DNA of 60,554 nt, filler included, from 7 parts of 7 records of this genome joined end to end with filler, not necessarily neighbours in it, one strand, 5' to 3'. Counted from the whole stretch's first letter, positions 39,255 through 49,774 are shown. Made by a program: numbers and translations. The notes: a model not told the origin generated them from the letters alone.

Positions 39255-41846
39255 ATGATGCAGCAATCCAGACCAGATAAGGTTACTCCTACAATCAAAG
39301 AAGGATCGGTGGAAACATCGGTCCTTCTTAGCCCTTATCCGGCTTCCCAATATGCTTTCGATGAAGTGTATGACGAACAGCGAGCTCCCAGAACACATTG
39401 GAAACCGTTACTTGAGCATTTAACAAAGCTTAATGAAGACGGTCTGGATGATCGCCATGATAGAGCACAACGTATCCTGCGTGATGATGGTGCGACATAT
39501 GACTTAAAGAACGATCCACTGACGCCTGATGTTTGGTCACTCGATATCATCCCGAATCTGATTCATTGGCAGGAGTGGCAGCGTTTAGAACAAGGTATCG
39601 CACAGCGTTCAACGTTGTTTGACCTGATTCTGAAAGACATTTACGGTGAACAACGTCTCATTAAAGAAGGCATCATTCCCTCCGAGATTATTTTCAGCCA
39701 CCCGGGTTTCTTACGTGCTTGCCACGGTTTAAGCATACCCAACGAAAAACAACTGATTTTTCATTCTCTCGATATCGTTCGCGATACCAATGGGAATCAC
39801 ATCGTTATTGGCGATCATACCCAATCCCCTTCAGGAGTGGGCTTTGCATTAGAGAACCGTACGGTAATTTCACGTGTGATGCCAAGCACCTTTCGCCAGA
39901 GCAATATCAAAAGACTGTCGAGCTTTTTCCACACTTTACGTAATACGCTGTCTAATCTCGCCAGCGACAAAACCGAACAACCACAGATCGTCGTATTAAC
40001 CCCAGGGGCTTACAGCAGCACTTATTTTGAACACGCGTACTTGGCGAACTACTTAGGATATCCCCTCGTTCAGGGTGGCGACCTTACCGTTCGCAACGGC
40101 AAGGTGTGGTTGAAATCGTTAAATGGTTTGTCACAAGTCGATGTCATATTGCGCCGTATGGATGATGCGTACTGCGACCAAGCCGAGCTCAATGCCGACT
40201 CTTTATTGGGTGTTCCTGGTCTGGTTGAGGCCGCTCGCTCTGGCAATGTCATTCTGGCTAACCCACTAGGTAGTGGCGTATTAGAAGCTCCAGCGCTAAA
40301 TGCTTTCCTGCCAGCAATTAGCCGCTACTTACTGGGTGAAGAACTGCTTATCCCTAGCGTTAGTACCTGGTGGTGTGGCTCCCCAGAGAGCTTGGAATAT
40401 GTCAAACAAAACCTAAGTCAGTTAATCATAAAACCGGCTTGTCGCAGCATGGGACAACCCACCATCTACGGGCATTGTCTGTCAGAGGAAGAGCGAACTA
40501 GTACATTAGAAATGATACTCAAACGCCCATACATGTATGTTGCACAAAGTTATGTTCCCGGCTCTATGCTGCCGATTTGGTCCGAACAACATATGCAGGC
40601 ACGTCCTAGCTTGTTAAAAACCTTTACTGTTGCAGATGGTGTAGGTTATTCAGTAATGCCCGGCGGTTTAACCCGAGTTGCTGAATCCACCGAAGATTAC
40701 ATTGTGACTAAGCTTTCAGGCTCTCGAAGTAAAGATACTTGGGTCATGGCTAATGGCCCTGATTTATCACATCAGTCGCTATTTGATAAGTCACTCGATG
40801 TCGCCCAGCAGACCAGCATGCCAAGCCGTGTCGTAGAGAATCTGTTCTGGTTTGGTCGTTATGCCGAGCGGGCAGAAATCAGCCTGCGACTGATGCGCAC
40901 TCTATTCAAACAGCTTAACGGCTTAGAATCGCTAACACCGGAAAGCCGAGATATTCTGTTGGAAGCGATATCTCATCAGACGAACTGCTTACCCGGTTTC
41001 GTCGGAGCGGACGAGTCATTGTTTGAAAACCCAAACAAAGAGCTGGCCGATCTGGTCACTAACGGCAATAGAATCGGCAGTATTAAATCTAACTTACAAG
41101 CATTGTTGGCGTGTGGTGAACAAGTTAAGGAGATGCTTTCAGCCGATACACGAATCATTCTTAACGAACTTCGTGACCATATCGCGGATGTCGACCGCGC
41201 CTATGCTTATGGTTTACCTGCAATTCCTGAAGAATCATTAGATGGTTTGGTAACAACCCTATTGGCACTTTCAGGATTAAACCACGAGAGCATGCTTAGA
41301 GGGCTCGACTGGGTGTTCCAGCAAATTGGTCGTCGGACAGAACGAGCTTTGCAAACCACCAAGTTACTACAGTCAACATTGACCAAACCACTGACAGGAT
41401 TACCTCAACAACAGGTACTCGAGTCAGTATTACTCAGCATGGAAGCACTCATTTCGTTCCGTCGCCGTTACCGCACCCGAGCGAGAGTCGCGTTTGGTCT
41501 CGATTTGTTAATGGTTGATACCACCAACCCGAGAGCATTGGTTTACCAACTCGAAAGACTGCGTGAGTTTCTTAATGTGTTACCACGTCACGACCAATAC
41601 ATCCCCGGAGGCTTGACTGAAGAGAGCCGTTTGATTATTCAAACTCTAAACGATATTCAGCTAACCAACTTAGAACAGCTCGCACAGGTTAATGACCAAA
41701 GCGAAACTCGTGAAAACCTATCGACATTGATGACTAAGATCACCGAGCAGCTTGAACATTTTACCTCACTAATCAGTGACAAGTACTTTGACCATACTGC
41801 AGGGCCACAGCAGCTTATCAAACCCAAATGGAAATTGGATGTATGA
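39255..41846 (+). CDS. Circularly permuted ATP-grasp fused to alpha-E domain
   Basis: PSG.GFALENR, YFEHAYLA.YLG, MPGGLTR and SKDTWV, then PSRVVENLFWFGRYAERAE. Confidence 0.93.
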   Translation: MMQQSRPDKVTPTIKEGSVETSVLLSPYPASQYAFDEVYDEQRAPRTHWKPLLEHLTKLNEDGLDDRHDRAQRILRDDGATYDLKNDPLTPDVWSLDIIPNLIHWQEWQRLEQGIAQRSTLFDLILKDIYGEQRLIKEGIIPSEIIFSHPGFLRACHGLSIPNEKQLIFHSLDIVRDTNGNHIVIGDHTQSPSGVGFALENRTVISRVMPSTFRQSNIKRLSSFFHTLRNTLSNLASDKTEQPQIVVLTPGAYSSTYFEHAYLANYLGYPLVQGGDLTVRNGKVWLKSLNGLSQVDVILRRMDDAYCDQAELNADSLLGVPGLVEAARSGNVILANPLGSGVLEAPALNAFLPAISRYLLGEELLIPSVSTWWCGSPESLEYVKQNLSQLIIKPACRSMGQPTIYGHCLSEEERTSTLEMILKRPYMYVAQSYVPGSMLPIWSEQHMQARPSLLKTFTVADGVGYSVMPGGLTRVAESTEDYIVTKLSGSRSKDTWVMANGPDLSHQSLFDKSLDVAQQTSMPSRVVENLFWFGRYAERAEISLRLMRTLFKQLNGLESLTPESRDILLEAISHQTNCLPGFVGADESLFENPNKELADLVTNGNRIGSIKSNLQALLACGEQVKEMLSADTRIILNELRDHIADVDRAYAYGLPAIPEESLDGLVTTLLALSGLNHESMLRGLDWVFQQIGRRTERALQTTKLLQSTLTKPLTGLPQQQVLESVLLSMEALISFRRRYRTRARVAFGLDLLMVDTTNPRALVYQLERLREFLNVLPRHDQYIPGGLTEESRLIIQTLNDIQLTNLEQLAQVNDQSETRENLSTLMTKITEQLEHFTSLISDKYFDHTAGPQQLIKPKWKLDV

Positions 41847-42727
41847 AGTACCGAGTCAGGCACACCACAACCTATGATTACAGCGCCCCAGTAACGCTGT
41901 GCTATAACATGGCGCATTTACTGCCTAGAGATACAGAACGTCAGCGGTGTTTGAATCGTCGAATTCAAGTGCACCCGAGTCCAACCTACCAGCGAGAAGG
42001 TATAGATTACTTCGGTAATCCTACGTTTTACTTTTCCATTCAAGAACCGCATCAAAAGCTCACTATCGATGTGGTCAGCTATTTTGATATTCAGTTGCCG
42101 AACTGGGCAAACAGTGCAGAACAGCACCCACTGACCTGTGGCGAACTACGCGCAATGACCAGTGTCGCTCAGACTCCTGCTTTACGTATGGCTAAGGAGT
42201 ATTGTTTGGATTCAGAGCAAATTTTTACCTCCGACATACTACGAGATTTCGCTCAACCATTTTTCTTGGATGAACAACCTCTGCTAACGGCAGTGAAAAC
42301 CTTTACCCATCATATCTTTTCAGAGTTCACCTTTGATCCAAGCGCAACAGACGTGACAACACCACCAGAACAAGTGCTAAAAGAGAAACGAGGGGTTTGT
42401 CAGGATTTTGCCCACCTTGCGATCGGTTGCTTACGCTCAGTCGGTATTCCAGCACGATACATGAGTGGATACATAGAAACACTACCACCTCCCGGACAAG
42501 AAAAAATGATTGGTGCCGATGCTTCACACGCTTGGTTTGCCGTATACGTACCCGAGTTAGGTTGGGTAGAGTTTGACCCAACAAACGATATGATTCCTAC
42601 AGATCAACATATTGTCACTGGCTGGGGACGTGATTACGCTGATGTAACTCCACTACAAGGCGTTATCTTTGATGGTGGAGACTCTCAGTCACTCAGTGTC
42701 GCTGTCGATGTCTCCCGACTCTCCTAA
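41843..42727 (+). CDS. Transglutaminase family protein
   Basis: GVCQDFAH, ARYMSGY, SHAW, FDPTN and GRDYADV motifs. Confidence 0.95.
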   Translation: MKYRVRHTTTYDYSAPVTLCYNMAHLLPRDTERQRCLNRRIQVHPSPTYQREGIDYFGNPTFYFSIQEPHQKLTIDVVSYFDIQLPNWANSAEQHPLTCGELRAMTSVAQTPALRMAKEYCLDSEQIFTSDILRDFAQPFFLDEQPLLTAVKTFTHHIFSEFTFDPSATDVTTPPEQVLKEKRGVCQDFAHLAIGCLRSVGIPARYMSGYIETLPPPGQEKMIGADASHAWFAVYVPELGWVEFDPTNDMIPTDQHIVTGWGRDYADVTPLQGVIFDGGDSQSLSVAVDVSRLS

Positions 42728-42743
42728 ACGCTGCATATAAACA

Positions 42744-42769
42744 AGAGTGCTGTTGATCAACAGCACTCT
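42744..42769 (+). terminator. Perfect 26-bp palindrome, probable operon terminator (at contig end)
   Basis: AGAGTGCTGTTGATCAACAGCACTCT equals its own reverse complement. Confidence 0.65.
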
Positions 42770-42869
42770 NNNNNNNNNNNNNNNNNNNNNNNNNNNNNNN
42801 NNNNNNNNNNNNNTTAATTAATTAANNNNNNNNNNNNNNNNNNNNNNNNNNNNNNNNNNNNNNNNNNNN
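42770..42869. other. Artificial contig spacer 4
   Basis: N44-TTAATTAATTAA-N44. Confidence 0.99.
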
Positions 42870-45800
42870 CATCTCAACCGGGTACCCCGTGGTTTCCGAT
42901 ATGGCCGTAAGCAGAACGCTTTGGATATGAAACTGTCCCGGATTGGGGACTTCGGATTTCGGGTTGGGGGTTTCCGTTTTTTTACAGGCTGCGGTTTTGG
43001 AACATGTCGGCTCTGAAGTGCCGGCTTCCGACGGCACCGGAAAGTCCGAAGGAGTCTCGGGCTTGGGGCTTGGGGATCGGGGATCGGGGATTTTACAAGC
43101 TTCGGCTTCGAATGTTTTTTCGATTTTTCCCGATGAATAGGTCTCCGGCGCAAAACCCGCTTGAGGCTTGCCCAACAGGGAAGCCAGCATCCGGGTGGCG
43201 GCCTGCTGCCCGTCAAGAAACTTTCCGTGCAGACGCGCGGTTTCTTCCTGAAGCTTCTGAAGCGCAACCATACCTTCCTGAAGATGTTTCATGGATGTAT
43301 CCGTTAATTCCGACGTTATCGGTCGCTCGCGGTTTTCAGCCCTTTGGACCGGTTGGGATTGAGAAATTTTCCGAACCATCGGTTCCGCCATTTTCGGTCT
43401 CGGGGAGGTTCCGGTTTTCGGCGGCGTCAACGCTCTCTTGGAAACATGGTTGACACCGGATATGGCCACCGTCATCTTCGGCTTGCCCGATAATACCGAT
43501 TCCGCGTCTCCGGATTTCGGGTTCCATGGCTTGAGATCAACGGGATATCCTTGGGCCGATAGATGGGCCAGAACGCGGGCAAGGGGAACAATACCCGATT
43601 GCTTGGAAGAGGGGCTATCCATTGAATGACAAACATGCGCTTCATTGCCGAGAATGGAACCCACAAGCCCCTTCAAAACGGCCCCCGGACCCACCTCCAC
43701 GAATGTTTGAACACCTTCTCCGTACATGTTTTGAATCATGGATACAAAATCCACCGGTTTCGCCAGTTGGTTCGCAAGGAGCGCCCGTGCGGCCCCGGCT
43801 TTGGCAGGATATTGGCTGCCGGTGGTGTTTGAAAAGACGGGGATATGGCCCTTTTTAAACGCCACTTTCTTGAGCCCTTCCAGAAACTCGCCGGCGGCAC
43901 CCGCCACGGCCCTGCTGTGAAAGGCATTGGCCACGGGAAGCGGTTTGCATGGAATTTTCCTTTTTCCAAATTCCGCCCTTGCCTTTTCCAGATCAGGTTT
44001 CTCCCCGGAAAGAACCACCTGGTTCGGCGCGTTTTTATTGGCGATCACCACATCAAGCCCCGTTTCCGAAAGGACCGCCTCCACCCGGGGGACGGACCCC
44101 ATGACCGCCAACATTCCGCCCCGGTCCGGCTCGCCCGAATTCATGAGCATCCCGCGGAGCACGGACATCTCAAAGAAAGATCTCTCATCCAGTTTCCCCG
44201 CCGCAAAAAGCGCCGGGAGCTCCCCATAACTGTGGCCCGCAACCGCGTCGGGCCTGACCATGAAAGATTCCAACACCTTGAAAAGTCCGGCGCAAACCGC
44301 CCCGATGGCCGGCTGAGCCACATCCGTTGACCTGAGGGCCGTTTCCAGGGATGCTCTTTCGTCTTCCGTAAAGGCCCAAGGGGGATAAAGGCAATCGCTG
44401 ATGCGGGTTTGACCGGGCGCGTTTTTTCTCAAGGCTTGGTCCGCCGATTCCAATGATGAGAGCATTTGCGGGAACTGGCAGGTCATCTCCCGAAGCATCC
44501 CCACATATTGAGAACCCTGCCCGGAGAAAATAAATCCCAGTTTGCCCCTGAATTGGTCCAAACCGTAATAGACACCCTCCGGCAACGACCATTGGGTATC
44601 ATGGGGCCCGGTTTCAAGGGTTTTTCGAATCCGCTGCATGAGTGAATGGAGATCGTCTTTTTCGTTCACGACGGCGGTCAACCGATATCGATTTTGGACG
44701 TTGAACCCGGCCCGCAGCTTTTGGAAAACCCATGAAAGATCTTCCCACGACAACCCGGCATCGATCCCGTCCAGTTCCCTTTTGAGGCCTTCCGGCGTAT
44801 CGGAAGAGAGGGCCAGTATTTCAACGGCACCGTCAAAATCGGGAGCGGCTTTTTCAGTCTCATATTCCTCCAGCACGCAGTGAAAATTACTGCCGCCGAA
44901 TCCGAAGGCGCTCACGGCGGCCCGGCGCGGGTGGTCAGGGTGCGACACCCACGGTTTGGGATTCTGATTGATGTAGAAGGGGCTCTTTTCACGCAAGGCC
45001 TTGGTGGGTGTCGTCACTTTGATGGTGGGGGGCAAAACTTTATGATGGAGAGCCAACGCCGCCTTTATCAATCCGGCGGCACCCGCCGCGGCCTTGGTAT
45101 GTCCGATCTGGGATTTCACGGAACCGATGGCGCACCATGGAGGAGCCGCGCCCTTTTTATACACTTCGCTAATGGCATCGATCTCCACCGCGTCGCCCAC
45201 TTTTGTCCCGGTGCCGTGGGCTTCCAAGAGGGTGATGGTGGAAGGGTCGATGCCCGCCAAACGGTAGGCCTGTTTTATGGCTTTTTTCTGCCCTCGCGCG
45301 CTGGGCGCATAGATGGCTTTCCCTTTTCCGTCGCTGGACGTTCCCATGGCGCGAATGACGGCATATATATTGTCTTTGTCCCGTTTTGCATCCTCAAGGC
45401 GTTTTAGCACCACAAGCCCTAGGCCCTCTCCCAGGATCGTGCCGTCGGCATTTTCGTCAAAGGGTTTCGCGTCGCTGGTGGGGGAAAGGGCCAGGGTCTT
45501 GCTGAAGCACATGTACATGAAAACATCGTTAAAGGTATCGATGCCGCCGCTGATCACCATGTCGGCCCTTCCCGTCTGCAATTCCATGCTTGCCAGATGG
45601 ATGGCGGAAAAAGAGCTGGCGCACGCGGCATCCACAACACAGTTGGTCCCGCCCAGATCGAGGGAATTGGATATGCGGCCCGCCACCACATTCCCCAATA
45701 GACCCGGGAAAGAGTTTTCCTGCCAGGGCACATATTGTTCCGAAATGCGGTTGACAATGTCGTCCGAAAGGGCATGGTCCAGCCCTTCATCTCTCAGGGC

Positions 45801-46274
45801 TTTCCGCCATTTGGGGTGGCCCAGGCGGGCACCCAAGGTGGTGGTTAATTCCAAAGCGCCCGTTACGCCGAGTATGACGCTGACGCGATCCTTGTCGTAA
45901 GACGCGTCATCTCCATAACCCGCATCCATAAGCGCCTGCTTGGCCGCAACCATGCCGAGCAGTTGAGAGGTGTCCGTGGCCTCAATGGCATTCGGGGTGA
46001 TACCGAATTCCAGAGGCGCAAAATCGATGGGAGACAAAAATCCGCCCCGTTTCGCGATGGTATGGTCCTGGGAGGACGGATCGGCGGAATAGTAGTCATC
46101 AATGCGCCAGTGATCCTCGGGAATTTCCCTGATGGCATCAAGGCCGTTTTTAAGGTTGGCCCAGTAGGCGCCATGGTTGCGGGCCCCTGGGAAGATGCAA
46201 CCGATGCCGATGAGGGCAATGGGATCACATTCAGGCATGGCACCGTTTTTTTTGTCGTTCTTCGTCGTTTTCAC
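42870..46274 (-). CDS. pfaA: PfaA-like iterative PUFA synthase/PKS (KS-AT-ACP start; 3'-truncated)
   Basis: KS motifs ENSFPGLLGNVVAGR, DAACASS, HGTGT and GHTKAAAG. AT motif GHSYG. Ends at the ACP start SETTGYPVEM. Confidence 0.9.
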
Positions 46275-48106
46275 TTCAGGTACTCCAAAACCCGGCTCAA
46301 TGGCAGGGGCTTTATTTTTTTGAGGTTTTCAGGAAGAGAAATCCCCATATGTTGAATGTAATCACAGCGTCTTAAAAACGCCGCGCCGTAAAGAATATTC
46401 AAGGCCACCGTTGCCGCTTTACGGTTTTCGGGGATTTCCAAAAAACTGTCCCTGGCCCACTCATTAAAAGCGCCCATGGAAGGTCCGCAATAGATCTGGT
46501 AGTCGATTTTACGGGAAGGATCGCCGTTTCGCGCCCAAAGAGCGGCACGCCCCAGGTATGAACGGAAGATGAGCGCCATCTTGTGTTTCGGATTGTTCAA
46601 AGCCCTTTCAATCTCCCCGGGATCACGATGCCGCCAAAAGGATTTTGTCTCGCGCCAGGATTCATCAAAGGAGCATTTCAGCACGGATTTTTCGATTTTT
46701 TTTCGTTCAGCCGAAGGAATCTCTTCAATGGCACCGTAATTCCGGTACAGTTCATATAGTTTTGCGGCCCGCATGGCGAACATGGTGCCCCTTTTGAGAA
46801 CCTGGACCTTCACGCCCATCTCAAACATGTCCGCTGAGGGCGCCATTGCCACATCCGCTTGCCGGGTATCGGCCAGCATTCGGCGAACTTCATCGGAAGT
46901 ACCCGATTCAACACAGGCCTGGTTGACCGATCCGGTCACAATGAAAGCCGCCCCCATTGCATAGGCGGCGGCCGCGGACCATGGGTTGGATATGCCGCCG
47001 CCAAGGCCTATTCTGGGAGGCTGGGCGTAATGGAACGTCGCCTGTTTCTTATCCCTCAAGGCCAGGATGGTGGGAAAAAGCGTCAAAGCCGGCCGGTTAT
47101 CCGTATGCCCCCCCGAATCGGCCTCGGCAACGATATCCTGGGCCAAAGGGACGAGGGCGCACAATTGGGCCTGTTCGCGGGTGAGTTCGCCTGACAGCAC
47201 CAATTCATCTATGAAATGTTTCGGCGGTGGAGAGAGAAATTTTTCCGCCACTTCCTCCCTTGATAATTTGGCAATGATGTGATTGGGGGTGACCACCTGG
47301 CCGCCAGGGTCCCGTGAGATGCCCGAAACCCGGTATCGCACCAACGGCAGGGTAACATCAAGGAAAGCGGCAGCCTCCACAAGCCGGATATTTCGATCCA
47401 GATAGAGCTGAACCGTGTCCGCTTCCAACTTCGGTTCATTGGGGCTGTGTATCAGATTAAATCCGAAAGGCTTATCCGGACATCTTTCCGTCAGCCGGTC
47501 AATACCCTTTTCGATTTCAACGAGATCAAGCCCTCCCGATCCGAAAATGCCCAGCAATCCGCCATGGGCAACCGCTTCCACCATTTCCGCTGAAGCGATG
47601 CCGTTGGCCATTGCTCCGGTATAGTAGGCATAGTCGATTCCGTGATCATCGCAAAAGGATCTGTCCCCAAGGTTGGCGGCGGGCAACGCCGCCAAACTCC
47701 CGATAATGGGAATGGTGGCATCGGAACTCAACATGGCTTCGGGCATATCCCCGTTTATGACCACAAGCCCCAGGCGGTTGTTCTTAAAAACAATATGAAC
47801 GGAACAGTTCAGATGCCGAAAGGCTTCCCAACTTTCCGGTTTGTCGCAAGGGAGGACGTTCGCGTCTTTATGGAGCCAGCCGATGGCCGGCCCGGGCAGA
47901 AATTCACTGTCGGCAAAAGACTGGCTCGCTTCAATGGCTTTGAGGGAAACCTTCATGCGGCTCAACCAGCTTTCGGCTTCCTGTCTTGAGGTGGTTCGAA
48001 GGCTCTTTTTGAAAACCACTTTTCCGTCGATTTTCTTGTATCCATACCAGTTCCGGTTGTTCCGATAAAGCATGGGTTGACTGATGAAATAGGTGGGTCT
48101 TTGCAT
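46271..48106 (-). CDS. pfaD: PfaD-family enoyl reductase with an N-terminal extension
   Basis: GAMANGIAS, NLIHSP.EP, AEADSGGHTDNRP, ADMFEMGVKVQVLKRGT and DYQI.CGP.MGAFN motifs. Confidence 0.93.
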   Translation of the reverse strand: MQRPTYFISQPMLYRNNRNWYGYKKIDGKVVFKKSLRTTSRQEAESWLSRMKVSLKAIEASQSFADSEFLPGPAIGWLHKDANVLPCDKPESWEAFRHLNCSVHIVFKNNRLGLVVINGDMPEAMLSSDATIPIIGSLAALPAANLGDRSFCDDHGIDYAYYTGAMANGIASAEMVEAVAHGGLLGIFGSGGLDLVEIEKGIDRLTERCPDKPFGFNLIHSPNEPKLEADTVQLYLDRNIRLVEAAAFLDVTLPLVRYRVSGISRDPGGQVVTPNHIIAKLSREEVAEKFLSPPPKHFIDELVLSGELTREQAQLCALVPLAQDIVAEADSGGHTDNRPALTLFPTILALRDKKQATFHYAQPPRIGLGGGISNPWSAAAAYAMGAAFIVTGSVNQACVESGTSDEVRRMLADTRQADVAMAPSADMFEMGVKVQVLKRGTMFAMRAAKLYELYRNYGAIEEIPSAERKKIEKSVLKCSFDESWRETKSFWRHRDPGEIERALNNPKHKMALIFRSYLGRAALWARNGDPSRKIDYQIYCGPSMGAFNEWARDSFLEIPENRKAATVALNILYGAAFLRRCDYIQHMGISLPENLKKIKPLPLSRVLEYLK

Positions 48107-48326
48107 GTTGCGCCTTTAAATATGGTTAAAACCGTGAACGATTCCGATTCCGATAGGTACCAAAGTAGGGACCCAGAAGCAATTTACACTTTTTTTTTCC
48201 ATATGCAAGATGAATCTGAGGTCCGGGATGAAAATCACGCGAAAATCCCACATCCGCCTTTGGTGTTGACACAACCGAGGGATGCATGCTAGTCATATTC
48301 GAAACACAATGCTCTGGAGTATTTTT

Positions 48327-49112
48327 ATGGATATTCTTCTGCAAGTTGTTGTTACCGGCCTGGCCACCGGCGGTGTTTACGGCCTCATCGCTCTCGGATT
48401 CGTCCTCATTTACAAAGCCACCAGCATTTTAAATCTTGCCACGGGCGCCTTCATGTCCCTGGGGGCTTTCGTATGCCTAACAATCCTAACGGAAGCCGGT
48501 GCACCCTTCTGGGCCGCCTTCACAGGCACCCTGGCTTTTGCCTTTCTGCTGGGACTGATCATAGAAAAACTGGTGCTGAGGCAACTCATCGGAGAACCCA
48601 TCATATCGGTCATCATGGTCACCATCGGTCTGGCCTTCATGCTCCAGGGCATCACCCACATCATCTGGTCCCCCGAATACCGATCTTTTCCCGAAATATT
48701 CCCGCCCGAACCCCTTGACCTGAATTTCGCCATTGTCCCCTCGGGACTCCTGTGGGGGTTTGTTTTTGCCATTCTAGGCACCATCATCTTCATCCTTATC
48801 TTTAAATTTACCCGCACCGGCGTGGCCATGCGGGCTACGGCCAACGACCAGCAGGCGGCCCTCTCCATGGGGATCAGCGTTCGGTGGATATTCGCCCTTT
48901 CCTGGAGTTTCGGCGCCATTGCCGCCGTCATCGGCGGCATCGTCATCGGAAATATCAGCGGCATCAGTATCTACATGGGAGATATCGGCCTGAAAGTCCT
49001 GGCGGTCATCATATTGGGGGGGCTTGACAGTATCGGTGGGGCCATCATCGGCGGTTTCATCATCGGAATATTAGAGAACCTCACCGGCCTCTATATCGAT
49101 CCCCTTGTGGGA
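48327..49112 (+). CDS. livH: Branched-chain amino acid ABC permease (3'-truncated)
   Basis: GL..G..YGLIALGF.LIY, G.AMRA.A and IILGGL.SI.GA motifs. Confidence 0.9.
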
Positions 49113-49212
49113 NNNNNNNNNNNNNNNNNNNNNNNNNNNNNNNNNNNNNNNNNNNNTTAATTAATTAANNNNNNNNNNNNNNNNNNNNNNNNNNNNNNNN
49201 NNNNNNNNNNNN
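49113..49212. other. Artificial contig spacer 5
   Basis: N44-TTAATTAATTAA-N44. Confidence 0.99.
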
Positions 49213-49260
49213 AAGTTTTCATTTTTTATTGTTTATGTGTTAATACTGTTTTAAAAACTC

Positions 49261-49336
49261 ACAATACAAAGATGCCCCGAAAGTGCCGGGGTTTCTTATC
49301 GAAAAGATTCAAGATATTACCAGAACGAACCAAAAT
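49261..49336 (-). promoter_or_regulatory. Conserved promoter/operator copy 1 (upstream of truncated MKT.. ORF starting at 49222)
   Basis: Aligns without gaps to 49674-49749: ACAnTACAAAGATG-N20-CTTATCnAAAAGAnTCAnGA...CAAAAT. Confidence 0.7.
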
Positions 49337-49373
49337 ATTTTACAGAATGGGAAACCATAAAAAGGAAAGGCCC

Positions 49374-49412
49374 CGGAACGAGGATTGATTTTACCAATCT
49401 TGTTCCGAGGCA
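49374..49412 (-). terminator. Hairpin downstream of lipopeptide 1
   Basis: Imperfect stem CGGAACGAGGATTG / CAATCTTGTTCCG. Confidence 0.5.
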
Positions 49413-49455
49413 CTTATCCAACAAATACATCATGAAAACTATCGTCGTTTATTTT

Positions 49456-49632
49456 TTAGTTCCCGTGTGGTTCGATATTAGGAGGAAGTGGCTGGGTTAT
49501 TTCTTCTGGCGGAAGAGGTTGAACCGGATCTTCGTAATAGGCATCTTCCGAACATGATGCGAATGCGACTCCCATACCTGCTAATACTACAAATGCTACT
49601 GCTACTTTTTTTAATGCTTTTTTTGTTTTCAT
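49456..49632 (-). CDS. Small Pro-rich lipopeptide 1 (58 aa, not in ORF track)
   Basis: Manual translation MKTKKALKKVAVAFVVLAGMGVAFASCSEDAYYEDPVQPLPPEEITQPLPPNIEPHGN. SPII signal with lipobox FASC. Paralog at 54234-54392. Confidence 0.85.
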   Translation of the reverse strand: MKTKKALKKVAVAFVVLAGMGVAFASCSEDAYYEDPVQPLPPEEITQPLPPNIEPHGN

Positions 49633-49673
49633 CTTGTTTAATTTAAATGATTAATACTTGTTGTTTAAATTTT

Positions 49674-49749
49674 ACATTACAAAGATGAGGCATAAGAACA
49701 AGGCATACTTATCCAAAAGAATCACGAGAATATCAATTTGATTCAAAAT
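49674..49749 (-). promoter_or_regulatory. Conserved promoter/operator copy 2 (upstream of lipopeptide 1)
   Basis: Variant Bacteroidota -7 element (CATCTTTG on minus) plus 21-bp-periodic direct repeats shared with copy 1. Confidence 0.7.
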
Positions 49750-49774
49750 GCGCGAAAAAGGGATTTTTTTTGAC

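Noticed and set aside
49432-49557. 41-aa plus-strand ORF MKTIVVYFLV.. antisense to lipopeptide 1
   Set aside because: Not conserved opposite lipopeptide 2. The minus-strand ORF has the signal peptide and paralog support.
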